Below, piece by piece: positions 27,813 to 38,090 of a stretch of 64,000 nucleotides of DNA. Origin of the DNA: a virus. Position 1 is the first letter of the stretch. Each line of letters begins with the position of its first letter. The translations under genes were made by a program, and so were the position numbers. The DNA is taken from IMG/VR virus record IMGVR_UViG_3300047160_007578, positions 1-64,000 of that record. The stretch is one strand, 5' to 3'. Under the pieces are notes generated by a model. That model ran no database searches. It was not told the DNA's origin and worked only from the letters and a program-made list of their open reading frames with translations.

Positions 27813-29201
27813 ATGTCCAGAGTGCTCGCAATCGTCCTCAACTTCGCTCAAATCGCTTGGGTTTCGGCGGTCAACTACCGTCGGGACTACGGCGACACTG
27901 ACCGACTGCGGGCCAGTTTGACCGATCGTGATTGGGTTCAGGACAACGTGGTTCAGGCGTTTCCGCTCGACAACGCGGCGGCGCTCGGCTACGACGTTCC
28001 GACCATGATCGCGGCCGAACTGGACCTGCGGCAGAAGTTGTGGGACACGCTGAAAGCCGATCAGTCCAAGGAAGGACTCGTGAAGCTGAAGGTGTTCGAG
28101 AAGCTCTATACCGTCAACGGTGACGGCAAGCGGCTGATCGAACCAAACCACTTCGGCAACAGCGGCTTCCGGCGCCACTCGGTCTACTTCGCCGCAATGG
28201 TTGACCGCTGGAACCTCCGCGAGAAGCCCGAATACGCGGGCTACGAAATCTCGGGTCACGTTCCAGTCCGGGTCATGACCTACGCGACGAAGGCCGATCA
28301 AATCTTCGAGCAACAGCTTGAGAACGCCATGCAGAACGTCGGCACGAAGCAGATGGAGGACTTGGAAAAGCTCCGAGTCACTCACGATCTGTTCCAGGCC
28401 GGCGCGAAGCAGGTCAAGATTCGGCATCTGTACCCCGGTTCGACCGGCCAGAAGCTGTTCTCGATCTGTCTGGCCGATCTCAACTGGCCTGCGTTGAAGA
28501 TTTATGATCGTTTCCACTTGCCCGAATCGCATCCCGATCGGATCAAGTGGGGTCCGGTGCGTCAACAGGACGTGACGAAGTTCAACAACAGGTTCGATGC
28601 CGTCCGCAAGGAGAAGGACGGCCTGCCGCTCACTCCCGCGGAGCAGAAGGAATTGCTGCCACCGATCACCCTGGATGACCTCCAGATCGCGGTGGACAAC
28701 TACTTCCGCGACGCTTCCCGCGGCAAAGAGGACGATTCCGCCAAGATGATGAAGAAGGGCGACATTGCATCGCTCGCTCGCGTCCACCGCTGCTCTATCG
28801 TCCGTCGGGCGATGGACTCGGTACTCGGCGACGTGCAGACGAACTTGCAGAAGTTCGTCAGCAACCCCGACTGCATCAACTTGGCCACGGAACTGTATGA
28901 TCTTGGCGGTCAGGACGCCGGCAAGACCATCCTCACTCCGCTGATCAATGATCAGACCGAAACCACCCCGGAGGGCAAACAGGTCGCCAAGCGCGTTTTC
29001 AACGACAAGGCGGCTCTCGCGCTCGTCGGTGCGGCTACCCTGCTGATCAAGGGTCAGGGCGACGCCTTGCTCAAGGCGATCGACCTCATCAACAACCCGC
29101 CGCCCCCGCCCGCTCCGGTGGAGGAAAAGCCCGCTGCCACTCCCCCGACCGCTCCGGCCAACGGCGGCAAGAAGCAGCAGACCGGCGGCAAGCGCAGCTG
29201 A
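27813..29201 (+). CDS. ParB/Srx-like N-terminal domain protein with Pro/Lys-rich tail
   Basis: NYRRDYGD..L.ASL, SGFRR (GxRR), VPVRV and EN...MEDLEK follow ParB box I/II order; strong C/G third-position codon bias. Confidence 0.6.
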   Translation: MSRVLAIVLNFAQIAWVSAVNYRRDYGDTDRLRASLTDRDWVQDNVVQAFPLDNAAALGYDVPTMIAAELDLRQKLWDTLKADQSKEGLVKLKVFEKLYTVNGDGKRLIEPNHFGNSGFRRHSVYFAAMVDRWNLREKPEYAGYEISGHVPVRVMTYATKADQIFEQQLENAMQNVGTKQMEDLEKLRVTHDLFQAGAKQVKIRHLYPGSTGQKLFSICLADLNWPALKIYDRFHLPESHPDRIKWGPVRQQDVTKFNNRFDAVRKEKDGLPLTPAEQKELLPPITLDDLQIAVDNYFRDASRGKEDDSAKMMKKGDIASLARVHRCSIVRRAMDSVLGDVQTNLQKFVSNPDCINLATELYDLGGQDAGKTILTPLINDQTETTPEGKQVAKRVFNDKAALALVGAATLLIKGQGDALLKAIDLINNPPPPPAPVEEKPAATPPTAPANGGKKQQTGGKRS

Positions 29202-29363
29202 ATCCGTCGGTTTAGCACCGCTTCCGGTGACTTTGCCCTAATGGGCTATTAACAAATCCGGTCAGGTGCTCATTCCCAAGTACCGCACAGTACAAATCAA
29301 AAGGAATGATTTTTAATCATTCTTTTCCGAAGCGCCGCACGGTTGACAGAAAGGTAGGTGAAC

Positions 29364-29651
29364 ATGGCTTTCATCAAGGCACGCAATGTCACCCGAATCG
29401 GCAACAGCGATGTTTTTGAAGTCGAGCTAATCGACGAAGGGACTCCGCTGACCACCGAAGAAATGGAAATCTTCGAGCGCCGATTCCCGAACACGCGGAA
29501 CCGCGTCGAGCAAGCGCTTGAAGTCGAGCGCGTGCTTAGCACGATTCCAACCGAAACGGAAATCATCACCGCACAGCGCAACAACGGCAAGAAACGTGGG
29601 AACGCTCACATGCCAACCGCGATTCCGCCCGCCACGCCGCCCAAGTATTGA
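29364..29651 (+). CDS. Hypothetical protein
   Basis: GAAAGGTAGGTG RBS. Confidence 0.75.
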   Translation: MAFIKARNVTRIGNSDVFEVELIDEGTPLTTEEMEIFERRFPNTRNRVEQALEVERVLSTIPTETEIITAQRNNGKKRGNAHMPTAIPPATPPKY

Positions 29652-29757
29652 CACTTCCCAACGATCTTTAATCTTGTCTCCAAACCCGTCAACCGTGGTG
29701 CTTCCGATGCGCCGCACAGTGCAGCGTATCTATCTTTTCGCGAAAGGTAGGTGCTAC

Positions 29758-30075
29758 GTGTTTCATTTCACCGCGGTCATGGAGGACAATGTCCTGATCG
29801 CAACCGATGTTGGTCATGCCCTATCGGCTGAAGAAATTCTCAAACTTCACGAATCGGGCACGCCAGCGCCACCGAATCTGTCCGTGGTCGGCAGCGACAA
29901 CTTCACCGGCAAGACCGGAACCGCGAAGTGGACGCCGCAACAGCTTTGCGCTGTGATCGCTCTCGCGTTCGGTGCCGGCGAAGAAAAATGGCTGGGCTAC
30001 GACGTGGACGCGCTCTACGCAACCGCGGAACCCCTGTTCAAGGATTGGCCCGCCGAGTGTCGGCCGATTCCCTGA
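29758..30075 (+). CDS. Hypothetical protein (GTG start)
   Basis: GAAAGGTAGGTG RBS. Confidence 0.7.
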   Translation: MFHFTAVMEDNVLIATDVGHALSAEEILKLHESGTPAPPNLSVVGSDNFTGKTGTAKWTPQQLCAVIALAFGAGEEKWLGYDVDALYATAEPLFKDWPAECRPIP

Positions 30076-30247
30076 ACCCCAACCGCTCTGATTAAAAATC
30101 AGAGCGGTCCGAAGCGCCGCCCGGAATTGACACGTAAAACAGAAAGGAGCGTGTCAAATGTTCCGTCCCTGAAAAGGGACTCAGCGCACCCGATTGATTA
30201 AAAATCTTTCGGGTCCGCCCGAAGCGCCGTGCAGAAAGGAGGATGCC

Positions 30248-30568
30248 ATGCCGAATTTCCTCGTGATCATCACGAAAAACGACGGCAAGCAAAAAGACCC
30301 AAAGACCAAAAAATGGGTCGATGTTGTTCCAGAGCAAACGCCAGTCCGATTGTGCAATTGGATTGCCGAAAAGCTCCGGCTCAATATCAACTTCTACGGT
30401 TCCGTTGCAGTGCATGTTCTGCCGACTGCCAAAGACACGGCGGATAAGCTCATCGCCGCACTGGAATCCGTGCCGGACGTTCACTTGCCACTTTCCCGAC
30501 GTGAAGCAATCACCACCGCTATCATGTCCGTGCTCATCCCGCCCGCACACACGCAAGGGCGAAGATAG
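30248..30568 (+). CDS. Hypothetical protein
   Basis: AAGGAGG RBS. Confidence 0.75.
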   Translation: MPNFLVIITKNDGKQKDPKTKKWVDVVPEQTPVRLCNWIAEKLRLNINFYGSVAVHVLPTAKDTADKLIAALESVPDVHLPLSRREAITTAIMSVLIPPAHTQGRR

Positions 30569-30632
30569 CCTGATCATTAATCGCATGGCGCTTCCGAATC
30601 GCCGCACAGTAAACCAACCGAAAGGAGATACC

Positions 30633-31007
30633 ATGCCTGATCGACCAAAGCGGGTTTGGTGTCAGGACGATGGACATTACAACCATCTTCCAACGCCAAA
30701 CGAACCCGTTCCAATTGGCGAATTCTGGTACTGGCTGTTCCAAGCCAGTTTCACCGTGGAAGTTCGCCAAGTGGAAAAGTTCCGCTACAACAAAGTGCTG
30801 ATCTTTTGGGCAGAGAATTCCGCTTACGCGCTGATCCAGCCGGACAAGTGGAAAAGCTCCCCAAAGCTGCACTATCCGAACATGCCCACCGCACTTCGCA
30901 TCGGTTGCCGACACGAATACCATGTCGAACGGCAACCGTTACCGTGTTACAAGGAAGTCAAATGCGCCAAGTGCGGGCACGAAAAGGTGATCGACAGTTC
31001 GGATTGA
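30633..31007 (+). CDS. Hypothetical protein with C-terminal zinc ribbon
   Basis: GCRHEY...CAKCG...DSSD; AAGGAG RBS. Confidence 0.75.
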   Translation: MPDRPKRVWCQDDGHYNHLPTPNEPVPIGEFWYWLFQASFTVEVRQVEKFRYNKVLIFWAENSAYALIQPDKWKSSPKLHYPNMPTALRIGCRHEYHVERQPLPCYKEVKCAKCGHEKVIDSSD

Positions 31008-31080
31008 AACCCAACCGGATTGATTAAAAATCAATTCGGTCCGAAGCGCCGCACAATTGGCTTGGGAAAGAGAGGTTCCA

Positions 31081-31284
31081 ATGGCTCAAAGGAATTGTGC
31101 CGTGTGCGGTGCTGAACTTACTCCGTTCCGAACGGATACACTCACCGCTCACGAATTCGATTGCTACCAAAAGCATCCCGAACTCATCCCCGATGAACAC
31201 CGCGAACAATTCGAGAAAACGCTCGCATGGAAGCAACGCAGCGACGCCGCAAAACGTGCGGCAAAGAAGCGCCGCAAGTCCTGA
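31081..31284 (+). CDS. Small zinc-finger-like protein
   Basis: CAVC...H..C; basic tail; RBS. Confidence 0.7.
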   Translation: MAQRNCAVCGAELTPFRTDTLTAHEFDCYQKHPELIPDEHREQFEKTLAWKQRSDAAKRAAKKRRKS

Positions 31285-31350
31285 TCATTAATCAAGCCAG
31301 TTGTGCAGCTTCCGAAGCGCCGCACGGTGACTTGGGAAAGAGAGGTTCCC

Positions 31351-31584
31351 ATGCACTATTGGTGCCAGTTCATCGACGACAGCAAAGGCACGATCAACGC
31401 AGACAGCATCGAGCAACTGCACGAAGTCGCTGCCAAGCTGAAAAAGCCCATCAAGCATTGGTGGCCGCTTCCGTATCCCGCCAGTCCGCAACTGAACCCC
31501 GGCAATTGTCCGCCGTTCTGCTTCACGCCGGAAAGGTGCAAAGGGCACAGTTCGTGCCCACGCAACTACGCTTGTTCCGAGTGA
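31351..31584 (+). CDS. Small Cys-rich protein
   Basis: CPPFC..C..SCPRNYAC; RBS. Confidence 0.7.
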   Translation: MHYWCQFIDDSKGTINADSIEQLHEVAAKLKKPIKHWWPLPYPASPQLNPGNCPPFCFTPERCKGHSSCPRNYACSE

Positions 31585-31640
31585 TCATTAATCAAGTCAC
31601 CGTGTCGCTTCCGAAGCGCCGTGCAGGAAGGAGCGTGCCT

Positions 31641-31844
31641 ATGCTCAATCCAGACATCAACAAATTGCACCAACTCGACAAGTTGTATCTCGAAATAAAA
31701 CGGTTGGCTGAAAAGATCAACGACGTGTATCGAGCATACAACAGTCCCGGTCTATGCAACATTGAAGCTTGCGAACAACAACTCGCGACCGTCGCGAATC
31801 AACTCGAAAGCCTTACCCCGCTCTTACGAGCGTGGAAGGGCTAA
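31641..31844 (+). CDS. Small helical hypothetical protein
   Basis: AAGGAG RBS. Confidence 0.65.
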   Translation: MLNPDINKLHQLDKLYLEIKRLAEKINDVYRAYNSPGLCNIEACEQQLATVANQLESLTPLLRAWKG

Positions 31845-31943
31845 AACGATCTTTAATCAAAGCACGTCGCTTCCGAAACGCCGCACAGTGCGAGTGAGTA
31901 TCACACTCAATCACCCCGCAAGGGGAGAAAGGTAGGTGCTCAC

Positions 31944-32825
31944 TTGAAGATTCGTGTTACCGATTACGACGAACTTCGGAATTGGTTCACTGACTTCGCT
32001 GACGACCAATACGATATCATGATCGTGGAAGGTTCCGCGGGCACAGGCAAATCTCAGATCGCCCGCGAGTCGATTAAAAATCTTGACCCGAAAGATTACT
32101 GCTTTCTGGAAGGTCGGATTTCCGCGGTCTGCCTGTACGAGAAATTGTACAAGCACCGCGATCAACCCATCTACATCGACGACGTTGACGGTCTATACGC
32201 TGACCGTCAGTGCGTGAACCTGTTGAAGTGCGTCTGCCAGACCAACGCGGACAAGACCGTCATGTGGAACACGCGCGGCATCAAGAACATGCCCGCGGAT
32301 TTCACAACACGTTCCAAAGTCTGCATCATCACCAACAACTGGCGAGCACTCAACAAACACGTCGGCGCAGTGGAAGATCGGGGTATCCTTATCCCGTTCC
32401 ATCCAACGCCATACGCGGTGCATGATTACGTCGGCAACAATCTGATCGACTGCGATTGGTTCGACGATGAGATTTTCATCTTCATCGGCGAGTTGCTGCC
32501 CGTGATCAATAATCCGTCCATTCGCCACTACCGGAACTGCAAGCAAATCAAGAACGCAGGCCGGAACTGGCGAGCGGTCATGGCGGAATCGTGCGGACTG
32601 AACGAAACCGAAGCTCTCGTGCTCAAGCTCCTTGTCGGCGGCGTGGAAGGTCAGCGGGTCAGTTTCAACGAACTGGCTCACATCTTCGCGCAGATTGCCG
32701 ACCGATCAACGCGGACGTTCTGGCGAATCAAGGCGGAATTCGCCAAGAAGGGACTCACGTGTGCAGGGGAAGCGGAAATCCCAGCAGATCAGGAAGATTC
32801 GGTCAACGGTCAGATCGATCATTAA
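31944..32825 (+). CDS. P-loop (AAA+-like) ATPase with possible C-terminal HTH
   Basis: GSAGTGKS Walker A, IYIDDVD Walker B, CIITN sensor. Confidence 0.85.
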   Translation: MKIRVTDYDELRNWFTDFADDQYDIMIVEGSAGTGKSQIARESIKNLDPKDYCFLEGRISAVCLYEKLYKHRDQPIYIDDVDGLYADRQCVNLLKCVCQTNADKTVMWNTRGIKNMPADFTTRSKVCIITNNWRALNKHVGAVEDRGILIPFHPTPYAVHDYVGNNLIDCDWFDDEIFIFIGELLPVINNPSIRHYRNCKQIKNAGRNWRAVMAESCGLNETEALVLKLLVGGVEGQRVSFNELAHIFAQIADRSTRTFWRIKAEFAKKGLTCAGEAEIPADQEDSVNGQIDH

Positions 32826-33282
32826 TCAACACCGGAATCCTCCGGTTCTCACTCGCTGTTCTTTTTCGATAAAATTCCTTGACTCAAGCGGAGTTTCGGC
32901 GTAAAATGATTAATGATCAGAAACAGCGAAACGGGGTTCACGGCACACTCCGTTCGCAAGCCGAATTAATCAAATCATTCCCGCAAAGTCTGAAAATGGC
33001 GGTTTTTGTCATAAGGATTTTTCCTTATGACAAAAGTGGGCCATTTTCGACGCGCAAACGGCAGCGCTGGCCAGCGCTGCCGGTGTGGGAAGGGCGAACA
33101 CTGAACAAAGATTCAGTTTTTGTTCGGTGCAAATGGGATTCACGCCACATTGCGCGCGGCGCTATGATTATTAATCGGGGCGGCCATTGCATAGAGCGCT
33201 GGCGAATGGAACAGGAAATCGAAATTCATAATTCAGTTTCACAATCGGCCCGACCCTGGAGGGTCAATTGATCAATGATCTT

Positions 33283-33570
33283 TCAACGGTCGTCAGAAGT
33301 TATCTCCACCGCTCGGATATCTTTTGCGACCGAGCAAAGAACATTGTGCAGATTGGTCAACGGCACCACGATGCCCTTGGTCGCATTGAACATGCTGGCG
33401 ACATTCGATCCCTGTCCCGGCAGTGCGACCAGAATATCTCCCATATCGCAGCCGACCGGAATCTCACCCGGTTTCGCGCAGACTTTCTCGACGCGGAGCG
33501 GCACCAACATCGGACAATTGTGAGCAGGGATCGCTTCCTTCACTGGCTGACGAACGATTTTAATAGACAT
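33283..33570 (-). CDS. Hypothetical protein
   Basis: AAGGAG RBS; last gene of the convergent minus-strand block. Confidence 0.6.
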   Translation of the reverse strand: MSIKIVRQPVKEAIPAHNCPMLVPLRVEKVCAKPGEIPVGCDMGDILVALPGQGSNVASMFNATKGIVVPLTNLHNVLCSVAKDIRAVEITSDDR

Positions 33571-33599
33571 TGCGAGACTCCTTTTCCTGAGGGTGATGA

Positions 33600-33854
33600 T
33601 TAATAATCATTTACTTTTGGCTCGCTGAAAATCAGACTCCCCATTATCGACGCAACCAACATCAAACCGGTAGAAACTGCACCGAAATTGCGAACCAAAT
33701 CAAAAGCAACCAGAAATCGTGATACGTAAATGTAACCACCCATACCAACTTCATCAGCCCACTGTGTCTTGAGAACATCCAAGACACAAATCAAAAGACA
33801 CAGCAAGAGCGATACCGCTCCCCAACCAAGTAGAATAACCTTCGCTGCCTTCAT
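33600..33854 (-). CDS. Small membrane protein
   Basis: Two hydrophobic segments; AGGAG RBS. Confidence 0.65.
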   Translation of the reverse strand: MKAAKVILLGWGAVSLLLCLLICVLDVLKTQWADEVGMGGYIYVSRFLVAFDLVRNFGAVSTGLMLVASIMGSLIFSEPKVNDY

Positions 33855-33899
33855 GCCGAAAACTCCTGATCAATGATCAATTCCAATTTCCAACGCTCT

Positions 33900-34724
33900 T
33901 CAATCTCGGCCCTCTATCTTGACGTAATCATCAGAATCAACCAATTGATAGCCGAGATTCTTGGCAAAATCATGCAGCGACTCAAGAGCCGCCTTCAAGA
34001 ACAATGGATCGTTACCAGCAACACGTACTCTCACTTTCCTTTCCTTACGCTTGGCGAATAGCAACGACGCTTTCAAGCCAATCAACACGCAGTAATCGCG
34101 CTCGAGACCAATCGTTATCGTTCCTTTGATTTTGAAGTGCCAACCAATATCGAACCAGAAAGCTTTCTCGCACGTATCCGAATCGACTCGTAGATAAAGG
34201 TAATTGATTATTGATCGGCTTCCAGCGGCAATAACTTCTTCATCAATTGATCGGTGATTGATTTTCACCACCTTCTCAGTTTCAAAAACCTCTTCTTCAA
34301 CTTCTTCCCTATCTCTTATCGCCTCAATCTTTGGCTTATTGTCAACACCTTCATTTGTGAGCCGATCATCAAATCTTGCACTTGCCAGTTTCCGCAACGC
34401 TTCAAGATCGCCCTCGAAAGGTTCATCGCCCCGCGGGTCAATTATCTTATGTCGATATTTCCTCATGATCGTAGTCAACTTATTCAACAAGTATTGATCC
34501 CACTCTTCTTTCGCCCCGACAATTGTCACTTTATAAACGCCGCGACTACCTTTCCAAATGAATCGCATCAAACCATGAAAACAACGAACGTCAAAAGACT
34601 CTATTCCAAGCTTCACAATATTAATTCGCCAACGACCACCTTGCGACCAGCTACGAAATTGTGACCGAAACAGTTCTTTCATATCATCAACACGCTCAAA
34701 AGGTTCCACTAATTTCAACAACAC
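33900..34724 (-). CDS. Hypothetical protein
   Basis: 274-aa ORF; AGGAGG RBS. Confidence 0.7.
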   Translation of the reverse strand: MLLKLVEPFERVDDMKELFRSQFRSWSQGGRWRINIVKLGIESFDVRCFHGLMRFIWKGSRGVYKVTIVGAKEEWDQYLLNKLTTIMRKYRHKIIDPRGDEPFEGDLEALRKLASARFDDRLTNEGVDNKPKIEAIRDREEVEEEVFETEKVVKINHRSIDEEVIAAGSRSIINYLYLRVDSDTCEKAFWFDIGWHFKIKGTITIGLERDYCVLIGLKASLLFAKRKERKVRVRVAGNDPLFLKAALESLHDFAKNLGYQLVDSDDYVKIEGRD

Positions 34725-34873
34725 GCGAAAACCTCCTTTTCTAGATGATTATTAATCAGTTTCCAAAATCATTTTGCGCACAAATCTGCGACAGAATAAA
34801 TTTAGAGCGACTAAAGGAATTCCCTAATTATACGTTAAGTGCCATTTACGCACCTGGCTCGCGCCTTTACTAT

Positions 34874-34911
<38 letters not shown>

Positions 34912-35129
34912 TAAATAAAACAGTATACGTAGCTCTTGACATTTGTACAGTATCACCCTGGCCGTGCCGTGCTCCTTGCCGACCGCGCCGGTTGCCTCTG
35001 TTACGTTTGTTTACGTTTGTTTATACGTTATCTTGTCATCAAGCTATAATCGTCTCTTGACATAGGACGATTTCCCTAGTATGGCCAAAATGGACTAGGA
35101 TAATTGTGTCACAAATTTGTGCCGGATCA

Positions 35130-35534
35130 TTAATCACGATAGCCACGATTTTCAGGAGCTAAATCATCTATTCTTTTTAAGTAAGGTCTTTTCAATTTTG
35201 CTTTTGAACATTTATAACACATCAATTCTCCCTCATTTTCTGTGTTGAATTTTAGTATAATTAATTGACTATTTTCCTCACTGCTACCATCTTCGCCTCT
35301 GAACCAAATTAAAAATCTTTTACATTTTGGACAACAGAAACCTGTCCTATTAGAGAGATCATTAATCAGCCACTCCAACTCTTCCTCAGTTATTTCATGC
35401 CCTGCACGTTTCGCGGTAATGATCATCTGTGATATTTTCCGATGCGGTATACATCTCTTATTTTTTGGGCCCAATCCCGCCCGCTCCAGATGACACAGAT
35501 CACATCGCTCGTGTTCAAACTCTTCAAAGACCAT
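35130..35534 (-). CDS. Cys-rich protein, possibly HNH/endonuclease-VII-like
   Basis: CDLC, CPKC and C.KC motifs; catalytic residues not evident. Confidence 0.5.
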   Translation of the reverse strand: MVFEEFEHERCDLCHLERAGLGPKNKRCIPHRKISQMIITAKRAGHEITEEELEWLINDLSNRTGFCCPKCKRFLIWFRGEDGSSEENSQLIILKFNTENEGELMCYKCSKAKLKRPYLKRIDDLAPENRGYRD

Positions 35535-35725
35535 ATTCTTTCACTGAGTACTTTCCTACTTTGATCTCTTCCAGAATCTCTTCCATGCGTTTCCTGTGAA
35601 TCGCCCGATGTTCTTCGGTCGCGGCCTGATCAATATCTATCTTGATCTGCCGCAGGTCACGTTCCAGTTCCAGGCGTCGCACTTCTCGCGTATGCTCAGG
35701 GCTACCGAGCACCCACTGTTTTTCT

Positions 35726-36151
35726 TCAGCCAAGCCACACCTTCCCTTTCGGCCAGTAGAAATCACTTATGCCAGAATCTTCTTCCCATCCCCACCTTCT
35801 AAGTGCATCCGCTAATATCTCATTTCCTACGCCTTCCACCACGATCATTCCCAATTCGCTTTTATGTAAATTTGGGTCCAAATGATTCCTAATCAATTCG
35901 TTAATGAAACTCTTGAAATGCCCCTTATTTTGTTCCGTTTCCGGATCAACTGTGACGGATTCAATCACCAGCGAATATGTTGTCGGACCCGGAGCCGAGG
36001 CCGCGGTAGGGTAAGACTTGCGTCGGTTGCTATCTAGGACATAGCACATCCGATACATCACATGCAAATACCTTTTCTCGTCCCGATATATTTGCGATTC
36101 CATTCCCATGCAAGGGAAGTCCTGTCCCTCCCGGTTCACCAGTTTAAGCAA
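35726..36151 (-). CDS. Hypothetical protein, possible GNAT-like fold
   Basis: IESVTVDPE...QNKGHFK...VEGVGN..L...L..WGW. Confidence 0.5.
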   Translation of the reverse strand: MLKLVNREGQDFPCMGMESQIYRDEKRYLHVMYRMCYVLDSNRRKSYPTAASAPGPTTYSLVIESVTVDPETEQNKGHFKSFINELIRNHLDPNLHKSELGMIVVEGVGNEILADALRRWGWEEDSGISDFYWPKGKVWLG

Positions 36152-36152
36152 A

Positions 36153-36605
36153 TTATCCCTCCTCCGATGGGCCCATCCAAGGCTCTGGCTTTTTCATTTT
36201 CCCATATTGAAACTGACAAAAAGCCTGGAACCGATGGAAACCGATATCAACATCGCCAATATCCTTTTCAGGCTCCAGTTGATTAATAATCGCGACTTCC
36301 AATTTGGCTATTAAGAGCCCACCATTGAGAACGTGATCTTGCATCGACGGCTCAAGCTTATCGAATTCCTCCCGTTTCGGACGATAGTGCCCGTATGTCA
36401 CTTCTACTTTCCCCGTTATTTGTAGCTTGTAACAGTCCGAAGCACACTCGACCATGCCCCGGTCTTTGCTCTGCCCCGGCATTTCAAAGAAATGCAGAAA
36501 CGGAGTCGTACCGTGTGCCAGATTGATCGTAAAAACAGGCTGATACCGTACCCGATCAGTCCGATGGTACGGCACGTACCGATTGATCGCGCCACGCTTT
36601 TCCAT
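36153..36605 (-). CDS. Hypothetical protein
   Basis: Coupled to neighbouring ORFs. Confidence 0.65.
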   Translation of the reverse strand: MEKRGAINRYVPYHRTDRVRYQPVFTINLAHGTTPFLHFFEMPGQSKDRGMVECASDCYKLQITGKVEVTYGHYRPKREEFDKLEPSMQDHVLNGGLLIAKLEVAIINQLEPEKDIGDVDIGFHRFQAFCQFQYGKMKKPEPWMGPSEEG

Positions 36606-37075
36606 TAAACTCTTCCTTTCCTGAGCAGTTCCGCTATCTCTTCAAAATCGTAGACCTTGAACGGTACTTCGATATTTTGGTACACTATCAACGAATCACC
36701 GCAAATCATGTGATACATCTGATCAAAATTAGATCGCCTCAGTACCATCCCGGAATTATCAAGTAACACGCACTGATCGACCCTTATCGCTTTGACGACA
36801 TGCAATGGGCACGTCTTGATACAAGCTGATCCGCGACCGGTTTCGCTATTAACAATCCCAATCGAATCAATCGGCGGTGCCTGTATCGTATAACCGCTAA
36901 GGCTATCCCGAAATAACATCCGATACGGAACATGATTATTAATCACATCCACTATTTCTTTCTGAACGGGTTCGTGATACAGCCTTGCGTAGAAAGGCCA
37001 CAACGCCACCGAGCCGAGCAGCGATCCCAGAAATCCCCTTCGATCTATCTCCAATTTCCTTTCCTCCCAGCACAA
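36605..37075 (-). CDS. Hypothetical protein with twin-arginine-like signal
   Basis: DRRGFLGSLLGSVAL near the N-terminus; true start probably slightly downstream. Confidence 0.6.
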   Translation of the reverse strand: MCWEERKLEIDRRGFLGSLLGSVALWPFYARLYHEPVQKEIVDVINNHVPYRMLFRDSLSGYTIQAPPIDSIGIVNSETGRGSACIKTCPLHVVKAIRVDQCVLLDNSGMVLRRSNFDQMYHMICGDSLIVYQNIEVPFKVYDFEEIAELLRKGRV

Positions 37076-37230
37076 GCCGTCCGTTGATTATTTTCGCCCA
37101 CTCTACCCGGTAATCTTCCTTGCCTGCGAACACCACATCGCAATCGCAGTTATCAGCATCAGTCGTAACAAAACGATCAACCAATTCTCGCAGATTGTGC
37201 ACCTTCATTTGACCCTCCTGTGATTTTTAA

Positions 37231-37761
37231 TCAGTATGCCCTCACTTCCCACCAGACAGTTTTCCTATTTGGTAACACACCAACATTTGTCTGGTACGTA
37301 GAGAACTCTATCACCCACGCATCCCTATACATTTCCAGTAACAACATCAAATCCTCCCAATCATTACCTTCCATGTGTACTTTCAACAGCGACCACGCCA
37401 GTAGTCCAGTAGCACATATCCCATTTGGATAGGTAACAGCTTCCCGGTGCCTCAATCCAGCTTCGGTACTATAAGTCAATTTCAATTCGGTATCAGTCAA
37501 GTAAATATTCCCCTGTATCGTTAACAAATCATCAGGCATCGATTCATTGAAATGACACCTGTCGCAATCTGCCCAAACAATATCCTTTACGTGTACACCA
37601 TACCTAGCCTTACCACCGATATCTAACGGTCTTAGTGTAACATATCCACTATAATCAGAGTCCCTCAATTCCTTCCAGTTTGCCCAAATCCTGGGCCTAT
37701 TACCAAACTCCCCCTTATCAAAACGCTCAACAAACTCTCGTTTGCTTCGCGGAGCGGCCAA
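37231..37761 (-). CDS. Hypothetical phage protein
   Basis: 176-aa ORF in operon. Confidence 0.7.
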   Translation of the reverse strand: MAAPRSKREFVERFDKGEFGNRPRIWANWKELRDSDYSGYVTLRPLDIGGKARYGVHVKDIVWADCDRCHFNESMPDDLLTIQGNIYLTDTELKLTYSTEAGLRHREAVTYPNGICATGLLAWSLLKVHMEGNDWEDLMLLLEMYRDAWVIEFSTYQTNVGVLPNRKTVWWEVRAY

Positions 37762-38058
37762 TCATCCACCTTCACTTTCGCGTTTATTGTCCAGTTCCAC
37801 CAGACACACTTCCAGAGTAGACGTGAACATCAGCTTCATCAACTCCAGCGACGGTTTCGCGTCATCAGATATCTTGGCCAGGTCCAATTTCTCCCGTATA
37901 TCTAACATCATCTGCGTAATCAGAGCCTTTACTTTCTCAATGTCTTTCCCGTGAATCAACAGAGCCGTCGTCGTTATCAACTCGTTCTGCAATTGCATTT
38001 GCTGTCTATTGAAATTCTCAGGCGTCAGGTTCAGGTCCGGCGAATCGAATCCAGGCAT
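37762..38058 (-). CDS. Helical hypothetical protein
   Basis: GGAGG RBS. Confidence 0.65.
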   Translation of the reverse strand: MPGFDSPDLNLTPENFNRQQMQLQNELITTTALLIHGKDIEKVKALITQMMLDIREKLDLAKISDDAKPSLELMKLMFTSTLEVCLVELDNKRESEGG

Positions 38059-38090
38059 ACATTCCTCCGTTTGTGATTATAAATCATTTC

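Larger units (their letters stand above)
29260..31889 (+). repeat. Intergenic box TTCCGAAGCGCCGCACRGT, 10 copies, reverse complement of 27579-27597
   Basis: Copies at 29260-29291 (long), 29325, 29702, 30108, 30219, 30592, 31040, 31310, 31609 and 31871. Confidence 0.93.

Noticed and set aside
27561-28787. 408-aa minus-strand ORF
   Set aside because: Antisense shadow of the codon-biased ParB-like gene; no RBS or recognisable motifs
27579-31889. DNA shufflon using the inverted boxes
   Set aside because: Inversion would not place a new gene behind the promoter, no invertase is nearby, and several variants are G-U compatible; disfavoured but not excluded without reads
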